64,000 bases of DNA from an uncultured Chloroflexia bacterium (GCA_963755115.1 CAVWIK010000003.1:91149-155148), one strand, 5' to 3'. Shown: positions 47,781 to 56,611, counted from the first letter of the stretch. Numbers and translations are program-made. Notes: a model not told the origin generated them from the letters alone.

Positions 47781-49142
47781 TCACTGACCGGCGAGGATCC
47801 CGTCGAGTTGCGGGACGACGTCGGTCAGCGCCTGCTTGGCCGTCTTGTTCGCATCGGTGAAGACGTTGGTGTCCAGCTCCGTCTGGAGCGCGGTGGTCCA
47901 TTCGTTGTAGCCCTTGAACGAGGGCTTGACGTGGGCGTAGTCGATCGCGTCGACGAGGACCTGGGCGCCGTCGAATGACGTCGAGAACGGCCCGTTGAGG
48001 ACCTCCTTGTTGGCCGGCATCGACGCCTTCAGTTCCATGATCTTGGTCTGGGCAGCCGGGCTGGCGAGGTACTTGACGAACTCCCAGGCAGCGTCGGGGT
48101 TCTTGGTCCCCTTGTAGACGACCGCGCCGGTCGGATTGATCGAGGTCGCCCGACCGGCCGGGCCCTTCGGCAGCGGGGCGATCCCGAAGTCGATCCCGGC
48201 GGCCTGGTGGGTCGCGACGAGCCAGGAGCCATTCGATTCCATCGCCGCCTGCCCCTGTTCGAAGGCATCGCCGAGGGCGTCGGTGATGGACGCGTCGGGC
48301 ATGACCTTGTCTTTCCAGATCAGGTCCTGCAGGAACTGGATCCCGGCCGCGGCCTGGTCGCTCCCCACGAGGCTCGTCTTGTGGTCGGGCGAGATGATGT
48401 CGCCGCCGTTCTGCCAGACGAGCTCGGACCAGAAGTTCTCCATGTCGGTCGACTCGGTGTAGAAGCCCCACTGGGTCGTCTTGCCCGAGGCGTCCTTCAG
48501 GGTGAGCTGCTTCGCCACGTCGGTCAGCTTCGCCCAGTCCCAGGTGTCGTCGGGATACGGGATCCCCGCCGCATCGAACATCGCCTTGTTGTAGTAGAGG
48601 GCTACGACGTTCAGGTCCCGCGGCAGGCCGAACTGGCCGTCGGGGGTCGTGAAGTCGGCGACGGCCTGGTCGGCCAGCTGGCCGAGGTCGTAGCCGTCCC
48701 GGTCGATGAACGGCTTGAGGTCGAGCAGGACGTCGCGGGTCTGGTAATCGGGGAAGAGCGGTCCGTCCATCGCGAAGACGTCGGGGGCGTCGCCGCCGGC
48801 GATCGACGTCTGGAGCTTGTCCCAGTACGGCTCCCAGTCGGACACGGTCACCTTGACCGTGATCTTCGGGTTGGCCTCGTGGAACGCATCGACGATGGCC
48901 TGCTGCGCCTTGATCTCCTGCGGGTCACCCCAAATCGAGTAGCTGATCGTCGCCTCGGGCCCCGTGTAGCCGGCCCCGCTCGCGGCCGGAGCCGCGGACC
49001 CGCCGGCCTGGCTCGCCGGCGCCGCCCCTGACGGCGAGGCGGACGTTCCGCCACAGGCCGCGACGACGAGCGCCGCCACCGCGACCACGGTCAGCAGGGG
49101 CCACCCCCGTCGTGCGCTGGATCCGGTCCGTTCGGTCGACAT
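47781..49142 (-). CDS. Sugar ABC transporter substrate-binding lipoprotein
   Basis: Lipobox 'LVVAACGG' and family-1 SBP blocks 'ISYSIWGDPQE', 'PDVFAMDGP' and 'LPRDLNVVALYYNK'. ATG at 49142 is preceded by AAGGAGG. Confidence 0.9.
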   Translation of the reverse strand: MSTERTGSSARRGWPLLTVVAVAALVVAACGGTSASPSGAAPASQAGGSAAPAASGAGYTGPEATISYSIWGDPQEIKAQQAIVDAFHEANPKITVKVTVSDWEPYWDKLQTSIAGGDAPDVFAMDGPLFPDYQTRDVLLDLKPFIDRDGYDLGQLADQAVADFTTPDGQFGLPRDLNVVALYYNKAMFDAAGIPYPDDTWDWAKLTDVAKQLTLKDASGKTTQWGFYTESTDMENFWSELVWQNGGDIISPDHKTSLVGSDQAAAGIQFLQDLIWKDKVMPDASITDALGDAFEQGQAAMESNGSWLVATHQAAGIDFGIAPLPKGPAGRATSINPTGAVVYKGTKNPDAAWEFVKYLASPAAQTKIMELKASMPANKEVLNGPFSTSFDGAQVLVDAIDYAHVKPSFKGYNEWTTALQTELDTNVFTDANKTAKQALTDVVPQLDGILAGQ

Positions 49143-49156
49143 CGCGTGCTCCTCCT

Positions 49157-50476
49157 TCAGTCGGCGGCTGTGCCACCGAGCCATGCGGGCAACCACTCGG
49201 TCTCGGCTTCGATCATCGCGTCGGTCAGACGCCAGGCATCCGCGAGGGTCAGGTGCGATTGGACGATCGGGTCGGTCATGACCGCATGGCCGATCCCGGC
49301 GCGATCGCGATCGAGTGCGGCACGGACGGTCAGCCCCTGCATGTCGACCGCCCCGCGGATGTAGGCGGCCAGGTGCAGGGGGAGCGGCCCCATCGCGACC
49401 GGGTGGACCCCGAGCCCGTCGACGAGCCCGGGCACCTCGACGCAGGCATCGCCATCGAGGTTCGGGATGAGCGCGCCATCGTTCATCGCGTTGACGACGA
49501 TCCGGGCCGGGGTCCCGGTCGTCATCGATTCGGCGATGGTCGCGGCATACTCGCCGCTCCGCTCGATCTCGAACGGCTCGCCGGCGTCGAGCATCCGTCG
49601 CGTCTCGGCGTACTCGTCGAGGTTGTGCGATACCCGGTCGAGGTACTCCCCGATCGGGATGTGGAACCGCTCGACCGCGTCACCGGCGGCGTCGCGCTTG
49701 CCGATGTACCAGGGGTTGTACTCGGCGTGGTGTTCCGAGGATTCGGTGGGGTAGAACCCGAGTCGCTGGAAGAGCTCGGCCCGGACGAGGTCATCCTCGG
49801 GCGCCCGGCCGGCATCGATGAAGCTGCGGAGCTCCGGGTAGAGGTCGCGGCCGCGGTGCTCGAGGCGGAGCACGAAGGCGTGGTGGTTCAGCCCCGCGGA
49901 CGCGGAATCGACCTCATGGGGCGGCAGTCCCAGGTAGCCGGCGAGCCGATCGATCGTCCAGTAGACCGAGTGACAGAGCCCGACGACCCGGATCGATGTG
50001 GCCTCCGAGACGGCCCGGACGAGGATCGCGAGCGGGTTCGTGTAGTTGAGCAGCCAGGCCGACGGGCAGACCTCCTCCATGTCGCGGGCGATGCCGAGGA
50101 CGACCGGGATCGTCCGGAGAGCGCGGAAGACCCCACCGACACCCACCGTGTCCGCGATCGTGTAGCGCAGCCCGAAGGCGGCCGGCACGTCGAAATCGGC
50201 CCGGGTCGCCCGGGCACCGCCGACCTGGATGGTGTTGACGACGAAGTCCGCACCCTGGAAGGCCTCGCGTCGATCGAGGTGGGTCGAGATCGTCGGCTCG
50301 GCATCGAGCGCGGCCGCCGTCCAGCGGGCCATCCGTTCGGCGGTGGCCAGTCGCTCGGGGTCGATGTCGTGCAGGGCGATCTCGGACGATCGCAGCGCGG
50401 GTGACGTCAGGATGTCGCCGAGCAGGTTCCTGGTGAACTCGACGCTGCCGGCGCCGACGAGGACGATCCTGGGCAT
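49157..50476 (-). CDS. Glycoside hydrolase family 4 (NAD+/Mn2+-dependent alpha-glucosidase/galactosidase-like)
   Basis: 'RIVLVGAGSVEFT', 'LLNYTNP', the Cys-His pair in 'VGLCHSV', and 'EHHAEYNPWY'. Confidence 0.9.
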   Translation of the reverse strand: MPRIVLVGAGSVEFTRNLLGDILTSPALRSSEIALHDIDPERLATAERMARWTAAALDAEPTISTHLDRREAFQGADFVVNTIQVGGARATRADFDVPAAFGLRYTIADTVGVGGVFRALRTIPVVLGIARDMEEVCPSAWLLNYTNPLAILVRAVSEATSIRVVGLCHSVYWTIDRLAGYLGLPPHEVDSASAGLNHHAFVLRLEHRGRDLYPELRSFIDAGRAPEDDLVRAELFQRLGFYPTESSEHHAEYNPWYIGKRDAAGDAVERFHIPIGEYLDRVSHNLDEYAETRRMLDAGEPFEIERSGEYAATIAESMTTGTPARIVVNAMNDGALIPNLDGDACVEVPGLVDGLGVHPVAMGPLPLHLAAYIRGAVDMQGLTVRAALDRDRAGIGHAVMTDPIVQSHLTLADAWRLTDAMIEAETEWLPAWLGGTAAD

Positions 50477-50515
50477 CGACACTCCCACGGGGGGTTGGGG
50501 GGCGACCGGTGGACG

Positions 50516-50529
50516 TACGGACGTCCGTA
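50516..50529. promoter_or_regulatory. 14-bp perfect palindrome TACGGACGTCCGTA about 40 nt upstream of the GH4 start (candidate operator of the operon's GntR/HutC regulator)
   Basis: Read directly. It is the only extended palindrome in the 147-bp gap between the GH4 start (50476) and the MCO stop (50624). Confidence 0.4.
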
Positions 50530-50623
50530 TGTCCCATCCTAGCGGGTCGGCGTGGGCGGGCGCAACCCTGTACTGCCGATGGGTCCGGCGCCCTCGAGGA
50601 GGCGTCGGGCGGACGCGCTCCTC

Positions 50624-51976
50624 TTACGCGAGCAGCGCCTGGACGATCGCGTCGACGTGCGCCTTCTCGGGCACGACGATCAGCGTGTTGACCATGCCGA
50701 ACATCCCGGATGCCCCTTCGACGTGCGGCAGGATGTGGCAGTGGAAGGCCCACACGCCGGGCCGGTCGACCTTGATCGTGACGTCATAGCGCTCGCCCGG
50801 GTTGACGCCGAGCGTGTCGGCCTTGAAAGACGCGCTGCCCAGCGGGATCCCATCACGGGCGACCACGTGCATCGCGTATCCGTGGCTGTGCCACGGGTGC
50901 ATCATGATCCCCTCGTTCATGAACCGGACCCGCACGGTCTCCCCGACCGCCGCCAGGACCGGCACGACGGCCGGGAACCCATGGCCGTTGATCGTGAAGC
51001 CGCCCAACGAGTCGTTCGAGATCCAGATGTAGTCGCGGTCCGCCTTGATCGGGTCGTCCTTCGGATCGACGATGAACGCGCCGAGCAGGCCGCGGCCGAC
51101 CTGGTCCGTGGCGTTGTGGTGCGAGTGGTACATCAGCGAGCCGGCGTTGACGGCTGTGAACTCGTACGTGTACGTCTCGCCTGGGACGATCGGCTTCTGG
51201 GTGACGAACGGGATGCCGTCCTGGAAGAAGTCGTCGAACTCGACGCCGTGGAAGTGGACGCCGGTCGTCTCCTGCATGTTGTTGGTGAAGTGGGCGCGCA
51301 CGCGGTCGCCCTGGTTGACGCGGATCGTCGGCCCGGGCCACTGCCCGTTGTAGCCGAGCGCGGCGACCGGCGGCTGGAGCTCGTCGATGTGCTGCTCGAA
51401 CGCATCGATCGTCAGGCGGAAGACCTTGACGTCGCCGTCCATCTCCGGCACCAGGGGCTTCAGCGCATCGCTGAGGACGAGCTGGGGCACCTGCACGAAG
51501 GCCGGCTTGGCCGAGAGCTCGGGGTAGGCGTCCGCGGCGCCGAGGATGTCGGCCAGCTTCGCGAACGTCGCGTTCCCGTAGACGTCCTTGAGGGCAGGAG
51601 CCAGGTTGCCGAGGTAGCGGCGGATGACGTGCCGCGCCTCGACGTCGTGCTCGGTCCAGCCCGGCGGCACGGACCCGGCCGCGGCAGATGCCGAGGGGAC
51701 GGCCGACGGGCTCGCGGCGGCGTGATCCATGCTCGCGCTGGGCGACGGGCTCGGGGCCGCGCTCGGTGGGAGTGTCGCCGACGCGGCGGCAGCGGCGGCC
51801 GTTGGTCCGTAGGTCCAGCCGCCCGACGGGAACGCAGAACCGGGCGCACATGCGGCGAGGCTCGCCGCGACGATCCCTCCACCGGCGAGTGCCGCACCGC
51901 GCAGCATCTGGCGACGGGTGAGGACGGTCCCGCTGGGGTCGGGGAGGGACAGGTCGGTGCCTTGCTTGATATCCAT
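50624..51976 (-). CDS. Tat-exported multicopper oxidase, probable lipoprotein
   Basis: Tat signal 'TRRQMLRGAALAGGG' and lipobox-like 'LAACA'. Cu sites: 'GVHFHGV', 'MYHSHHN', 'HPWHSHG' and 'HCHILPHVEGASGM'. ATG at 51976. Confidence 0.85.
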   Translation of the reverse strand: MDIKQGTDLSLPDPSGTVLTRRQMLRGAALAGGGIVAASLAACAPGSAFPSGGWTYGPTAAAAAASATLPPSAAPSPSPSASMDHAAASPSAVPSASAAAGSVPPGWTEHDVEARHVIRRYLGNLAPALKDVYGNATFAKLADILGAADAYPELSAKPAFVQVPQLVLSDALKPLVPEMDGDVKVFRLTIDAFEQHIDELQPPVAALGYNGQWPGPTIRVNQGDRVRAHFTNNMQETTGVHFHGVEFDDFFQDGIPFVTQKPIVPGETYTYEFTAVNAGSLMYHSHHNATDQVGRGLLGAFIVDPKDDPIKADRDYIWISNDSLGGFTINGHGFPAVVPVLAAVGETVRVRFMNEGIMMHPWHSHGYAMHVVARDGIPLGSASFKADTLGVNPGERYDVTIKVDRPGVWAFHCHILPHVEGASGMFGMVNTLIVVPEKAHVDAIVQALLA

Positions 51977-52064
51977 GCCACCGATGCTCGGGGCGGAGCC
52001 TCCGCGGCGTCTCATGACATCCGGCCCGTTCTCCGCGGGCCGAAGGTCCCCGACGGCCGGGACA

Positions 52065-53708
52065 TCATCCGCCCTGCGTGACGAGTGACACGATGACGTC
52101 GACCTCGTCGCTCCCGACGACGCCCTGGTACTTGGCGCGGACGGTCCCGTGGCCGTCGACGACGAAGACCCACGGCATCGAGCGGGCGCCCCACGGTGCC
52201 CCGCCGATCCCCCATGCGGCGGCCGGATCGGTGAGGGTCGGCGCGTCGAGCGAGCCCTCGAGGACCGCCGTGTCGGTGACGACGTCGTATCGATACGGCT
52301 CGAGGTGGATGAACGCGACGTCCGGCCAGCGATCCAGCAGGTACCGGGCCATGACGATCGCCCGCCCACAGGCCGGCGAGACGCGGAACCGCGTCGAATC
52401 GATCACGAGCACGAAGGGCAGGTGGCCGGCCAGCGCATCGGTGGTCGACCGCCGCGAGAGCCGCAGGTCCGGTGCCGGATCGGTCGTCACGGCGCGGGCC
52501 ACGCCGCCCGCGTCGTCGAGGGTCGGGGTGTGGGCGTCCGGCGCGGGGCCGCCCAGCGGTGGCGTGGCGCCGGGGTCGAGCGCCGTGATCGTCGCGTGAC
52601 CCGACGCGGCGCCCGCTCTCGTGTCGGCGGTGACCGCCAGACCCCACGACCCGGCAGCCGGGATCGGGATCGTCGCCACGTACGAAACGACCGCGACCCC
52701 GGGCGGCTGGACGCCGACGGCCTCGGTCGCCGGGCCGACCGGTCGGCCGTCGCTCGATGTCAGCTGGACGAGGGGGCGGAGCTGTGGGTCCGCGACCGGC
52801 ACCCCGCCGCTCGAGAGGGTGAGGATGACCGGGCCGGGAGGGCCGGACCAGATCGAGGACGAGACGACGGCCACGTCGAGCGGCAGGGCCCCCTCGTCAT
52901 CGGACCGGGGCGAGGCGACCGCCGGTGACGCGGCCCCGCTCGAGGCCAGCGGGCCGGACGGCCTCGAAGAAGACGCCGCGGACGGCGTCGCCGCGACGGT
53001 CGGTGTCGGCGCCACGGACGGAGCGGGCGACACCGGGTCGGCCACCACCGTCCGGTAGGTCGCGGCCATCGCATCCTCGGTCGTGCCGAAGGGGAACCTC
53101 GCGCGGAGGACGCCCGCCCCGTCGACGAGGAAGACGTCGGCCGTGTGCGACATCGCGTAGGCGCCGGCGACACCGGTCTCCTCTTTCGCATATCGCACGC
53201 CCCACGCGCCGGCCGTCTCCGCGATCTGGGAGGCCGTGCCGGTCAGGCCGACGAACCCCGCCGGCAGGAACCGCAGGTACTCGGAGAGCCACGCGGTCGT
53301 ATCGCGCTCCGGGTCGATGGTCACGAAGAGGGCGCGAACGTTCGAGCCGACGGCGCTCATCGCCAGACCGATCGTCCCGACCGTGGCCGGGCAGACATCG
53401 GGGCAGTGCGTGTAGCCGAAGAACACGAAGGTCGGCGTCCCGCGCAGGTCGGTGAGACGGAACGGCCGGGAACCCTGGTCGGTGAGGGCGATGGCCGGGG
53501 CTGCCTGCGCGCTCGGGATGAGGTAGGCCTGCACGAGGTCGGGAGATGGGGATGCGATCGGAGCCGCTGGGGCTGCCGCCCGGCCGAGCAGGCTCACGAC
53601 GACCAGCACGGCGCACGCCCCGGCCAGGGCGATGACGAGCCAGAACCCACCATCGAGGGTCCGCGTGCCCCCGGCGACGGGCTCCGGTGTGGGTCCTGGC
53701 AGCGTCAT
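52065..53708 (-). CDS. SCO1/SenC-family copper chaperone fused to a beta-rich middle region and a second thioredoxin-like C-terminal region
   Basis: TM anchor, then Sco core 'TFVFFGYTHCPDVCPAT' with 'MSHTADVFLVD', then an Ala/Ser/Pro linker. Next comes 'LPLDVAVVSSSIWSGPPGPVILTL..', then 'FVLVIDSTRFRVSPACG..PWVFVVDGHGTVRAKY'. Total 547 aa. Confidence 0.8.
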   Translation of the reverse strand: MTLPGPTPEPVAGGTRTLDGGFWLVIALAGACAVLVVVSLLGRAAAPAAPIASPSPDLVQAYLIPSAQAAPAIALTDQGSRPFRLTDLRGTPTFVFFGYTHCPDVCPATVGTIGLAMSAVGSNVRALFVTIDPERDTTAWLSEYLRFLPAGFVGLTGTASQIAETAGAWGVRYAKEETGVAGAYAMSHTADVFLVDGAGVLRARFPFGTTEDAMAATYRTVVADPVSPAPSVAPTPTVAATPSAASSSRPSGPLASSGAASPAVASPRSDDEGALPLDVAVVSSSIWSGPPGPVILTLSSGGVPVADPQLRPLVQLTSSDGRPVGPATEAVGVQPPGVAVVSYVATIPIPAAGSWGLAVTADTRAGAASGHATITALDPGATPPLGGPAPDAHTPTLDDAGGVARAVTTDPAPDLRLSRRSTTDALAGHLPFVLVIDSTRFRVSPACGRAIVMARYLLDRWPDVAFIHLEPYRYDVVTDTAVLEGSLDAPTLTDPAAAWGIGGAPWGARSMPWVFVVDGHGTVRAKYQGVVGSDEVDVIVSLVTQGG

Positions 53709-53709
53709 G

Positions 53710-54150
53710 TCAACCCGTTCGCACGGCTGCCTGGATGGTCATCGTCCCGGCATGCCGGAAGACGAGACGCAGCTCGACCGTCCCGCCCACCGTCAGCGGA
53801 TGGGTCAGTCCGGTGAGCATCACGTGCATCGCACCCGGCGCCAGTGTGACGCTCTCTCCGGCGGGGATCGTCAGCTCGTCCATCGGTGTCATCCCGGTCA
53901 TCCCCGACGGGTCGGTGGAGGTGCCGTGGAGCTCGGCCATCGCGGCGTCCGGGCTGTCGACCGACAGCAGGGTGTCGCCTGTCAGGCCCGCGTTCTCGAT
54001 CTTGAGATAGGCGGCCGATTCGGCCCCGGGCAGGGCGGGCCGGACCCACGCGTCGGTGACGACGAGGTGCGTGCCGCCCAGACCGGAACAGGCGACCAGC
54101 ACGGTCGCCATCGCAAGGAACGCGAACCTGCGGATCGGTCGTGAGCGCAT
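53710..54150 (-). CDS. Copper chaperone PCu(A)C (DUF461) lipoprotein
   Basis: Lipobox 'LVACSG', then 'AYLKIEN' and the Met/His Cu(I) motif 'ELHGTSTDPSGMTGMTPM..GAMHVML'. ATG at 54150. Confidence 0.85.
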   Translation of the reverse strand: MRSRPIRRFAFLAMATVLVACSGLGGTHLVVTDAWVRPALPGAESAAYLKIENAGLTGDTLLSVDSPDAAMAELHGTSTDPSGMTGMTPMDELTIPAGESVTLAPGAMHVMLTGLTHPLTVGGTVELRLVFRHAGTMTIQAAVRTG

Positions 54151-54322
54151 CGAAACGGCCTCGAGTTCGAGTCGTGGTCGATCGACCCTACGGGCGTCGC
54201 GGTGGCCCTCGCGAGGTCCATTCGGCCCATCCACGGAGGCCGGACGGCCGGTCACGACGTGCGGGCGCTGCACGGCGTCGCGTGAGGCGCCGCGAGCGGG
54301 CCGGCGATCGGCGGCGGTCGCC

Positions 54323-54790
54323 TCAGCGCGCGGCGCGCCAGCCCTGGAACGTCGGCCAGCCCCACGGAACCGCGGTCGCGGCGATCGCCAGGCCGATCCC
54401 GAAGCACAGCGGATGCAGGAAGCTCAGCTCCTGGATGATCGCCAGCTCGACGACGATCCAGATCATCTGACCGCTGCCGATCGCGAACGCGAGGAACGGC
54501 GCGATCCGGAGGTGGGCGAGGCCCAGGCCGGCCACGATGAATGAGCCGATCCCGAACACCCCGCCGAGGACGAGCCCCGGGATGATGAAGTCGGCGAACG
54601 GGCTGCCAGCCAGGAGCGACACGTCGAAGTGCATCACGCTCCCGTCCGGCTTCGCGAGGAGCGCGACCCCACCGGCGATGGCGCCGATACCCAGGAGCAC
54701 GAGGAGGGCGATGCACGCCTTGCCCGCCGCGTGGAGCTCCGGCTTCGGGATGGAAACGGCAGGATGTCGAGCGAGGTCGTGGGTGGTCAT
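54323..54790 (-). CDS. Four-TM membrane protein of unknown function
   Basis: 155-aa ORF with four long hydrophobic segments and good GC3 bias. I recognise no family. Confidence 0.6.
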   Translation of the reverse strand: MTTHDLARHPAVSIPKPELHAAGKACIALLVLLGIGAIAGGVALLAKPDGSVMHFDVSLLAGSPFADFIIPGLVLGGVFGIGSFIVAGLGLAHLRIAPFLAFAIGSGQMIWIVVELAIIQELSFLHPLCFGIGLAIAATAVPWGWPTFQGWRAAR

Positions 54791-55000
54791 GGCCGTTCTC
54801 CTTCGTGCGGGCGACGCCCGCGACCCGATGGTCCATCCGAGGCAGACGGCCGGACAAGGGCCATCGGACCTCTGAGCGCGGTCTCTAGGTCAACCGGAGC
54901 TGCTCGGTCTCCAGCGCGAGACACGGGAGAGACGGTCGGGTGGTAGACCATCGCCGCGAGGTGTCTCGTTCTCGCGGGGGCTTGGTTAGGGGGGCGAACG

Positions 55001-56611
55001 ATGACCGAAGACGCAGAATTCCCAGGGTGGCTTCGACGAGACCGACGGCGGCAGCTTCGACTCGAGCGATAGCGGCGACGGCGGTGACAGCGGCGGTGAT
55101 CCCGGCGATGGCGGCGGAGATGGTGGATCCGATGGCGGCACCTTCGACTCCGGCGACTCCGGCGGCTCCGATGGCGGGGGTGGCTCGGGCGACGGCGGGT
55201 CGGGCGACGGCGGCTCCGATGGCGGGGACGGCGGCACCTTCGACTCCGGCGACGGCGGGTCGGGCGACGGCGGCTCCGATGGCGGGGACGGCGGCGACGG
55301 CGGGTCGGGCGACGGCGGCTCCGATGGCGGGGGAGCGGCGACGGCGGCTCCGATGGCGGGGACGGCGGCGACGGCGGGTCGGGCGACGGCGGGTCGGGCG
55401 ACGGCGGCTCCGATGGCGGGGACGGCGGCGACGGCGGGTCGGGCGACGGCGGGTCGGGCGACGGCGGCTCCGATGGCGGGGACTCCGGCGACGGCGGGTC
55501 GGGCGACGGCGGCTCCGATGGCGGGGACGGCGGCGACGGCGGGTCGGGCGACGGCGGGTCGGGCGACGGCGGCTCCGATGGCGGGGACGGCGGCGACGGC
55601 GGGTCGGGCGACGGTGGCTCGGGCGACGGCGGGTCGGGCGACGGGTCGGGCGACGGCGGGTCGGGCGGCGACGGCTCCGATGGCGGGGACGGCGGCGACG
55701 GCGGGTCGGGCGACGGCGGCTCCGATGGCGGGGACGGCGGCGACGGCGGGTCGGGCGACGGCGGCTCCGATGGCGGGGGTGGCTCGGGCGACGGTGGCTC
55801 GGGTAGCACCGCGGCTGACGATCCCGGCAAGCCGTACCTGTTCGTCGATCTGTACTCAGGAGATGAGCGACGCCTGGTCGGCGGCCATCCGAATTGGCAG
55901 CAGCTTGCCGCGACGAAGGGGTTCGTCGGCGGCATCCTGAAAGCGTGGGATGGCCTCAAGTTCAACGACGGTGGCTGGTTCGCACGGAATTGGCCGGCAC
56001 TTCGTGATGCCGGTGCCCAGCGGTACGGGCAGAGCTGGTTCCGGGGCGCCTACCTGTTCCTCGAGTTCGGCGAGAGCGGGGCGGATCAGGCGGACGCCTA
56101 TCTGAAGGCCGTCGACGCTGCCGGCGGGTGGGACTCGGGAGACATCCTCCCGATCATCGACGCCGAGCAAGGAGCGGCCCCGAAGGCTGCCGTCGCGGCC
56201 ACAGCGACGACCAAGGCACAACCGGCTCGCCCGGGTCATCCCAATCGAAAGGCCAGCGCCCAGCAGGTGATCGACTGCGTGACCGCCTGCGCCGATCGCC
56301 TTCGAGAGCGGACCGGTCGGCGAGTGATCCTCTACGGTCGCGGCGTGATGCGCGACCTCAAGATCCGCGATCGGATGGGTTGCGACCTTGTGTGGAACCC
56401 GGCCTGGACGGCGAACATGGTGCGGTCCGGGCTGGAGGCCTGGACGCTCGAGGAGATCGTCCTGTGGCAGTACTGCGGTGACGGCACGGCAGCCATCCAG
56501 ACGTTGCCGCATGCAGTCGCAGGCTTCGGAACGACGGTCGACATCAGCGTCTTCGTGAAGGGAGCGCAGTCACCGACGCTGCAGATGGTTCGCGACAGCC
56601 TGCTGCAATGA
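55001..56611 (+). pseudogene. GH25-family muramidase (lysozyme) preceded by a ~260-aa Gly/Asp/Ser-rich repeat region; start and two frame junctions unresolved
   Basis: The C-terminal ~270 codons (frame of ORF 56267..56611, open back to about 55330) read 'KPYLFVDLYSGDE..PNWQQLAATKGFVGGILKAWDG..FRGAYLFLEF..QADAYLKAV..GDILPIIDAEQG..VILYGRG..EIVLWQYCGDG..VDISVF'. This is GH25-like and includes a DxE block. The same frame upstream is GDGGS-type repeat, which moves to another frame before about 55330. The only ATG with an RBS (55001, AGGGGGG upstream) is in a third frame. Confidence 0.7.
55029..55801 (+). repeat. Degenerate tandem coding repeat (45-60-nt units ending GGC-TCC-GAT-GGC-GGG) encoding (G/S/D)-rich sequence
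   Basis: At least 10 units are recognisable from the recurring 'ccgatggcgggg' landmark, with spacings of about 45, 60 and 99 nt. Translation: GSDGG-DGG-DGG-SGDGG-SGDGG. Four N-terminal '(G/T)FD(E/S)xD' motifs are present. Confidence 0.85.

Noticed and set aside
55029-55801. RTX-type calcium-binding nonapeptides in the Gly/Asp repeat
   Set aside because: The array does not keep the GGxGxDxUx register and has no hydrophobic position. It is better described as acidic low-complexity sequence.
54787-55965. 392-aa minus-strand Pro/Ser-rich ORF ('PPSPDPPSPPSPPSEPPSP') as a possible PS-rich wall protein
   Set aside because: Its N-terminal ~55 codons are antisense to the GH25 domain and show poor GC3 bias. 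It lacks a signal peptide. It is broken by the same ~55330 indel. The + strand repeat frame is continuous with a bona fide GH25 domain. It is kept only as an alternative inside the repeat finding.
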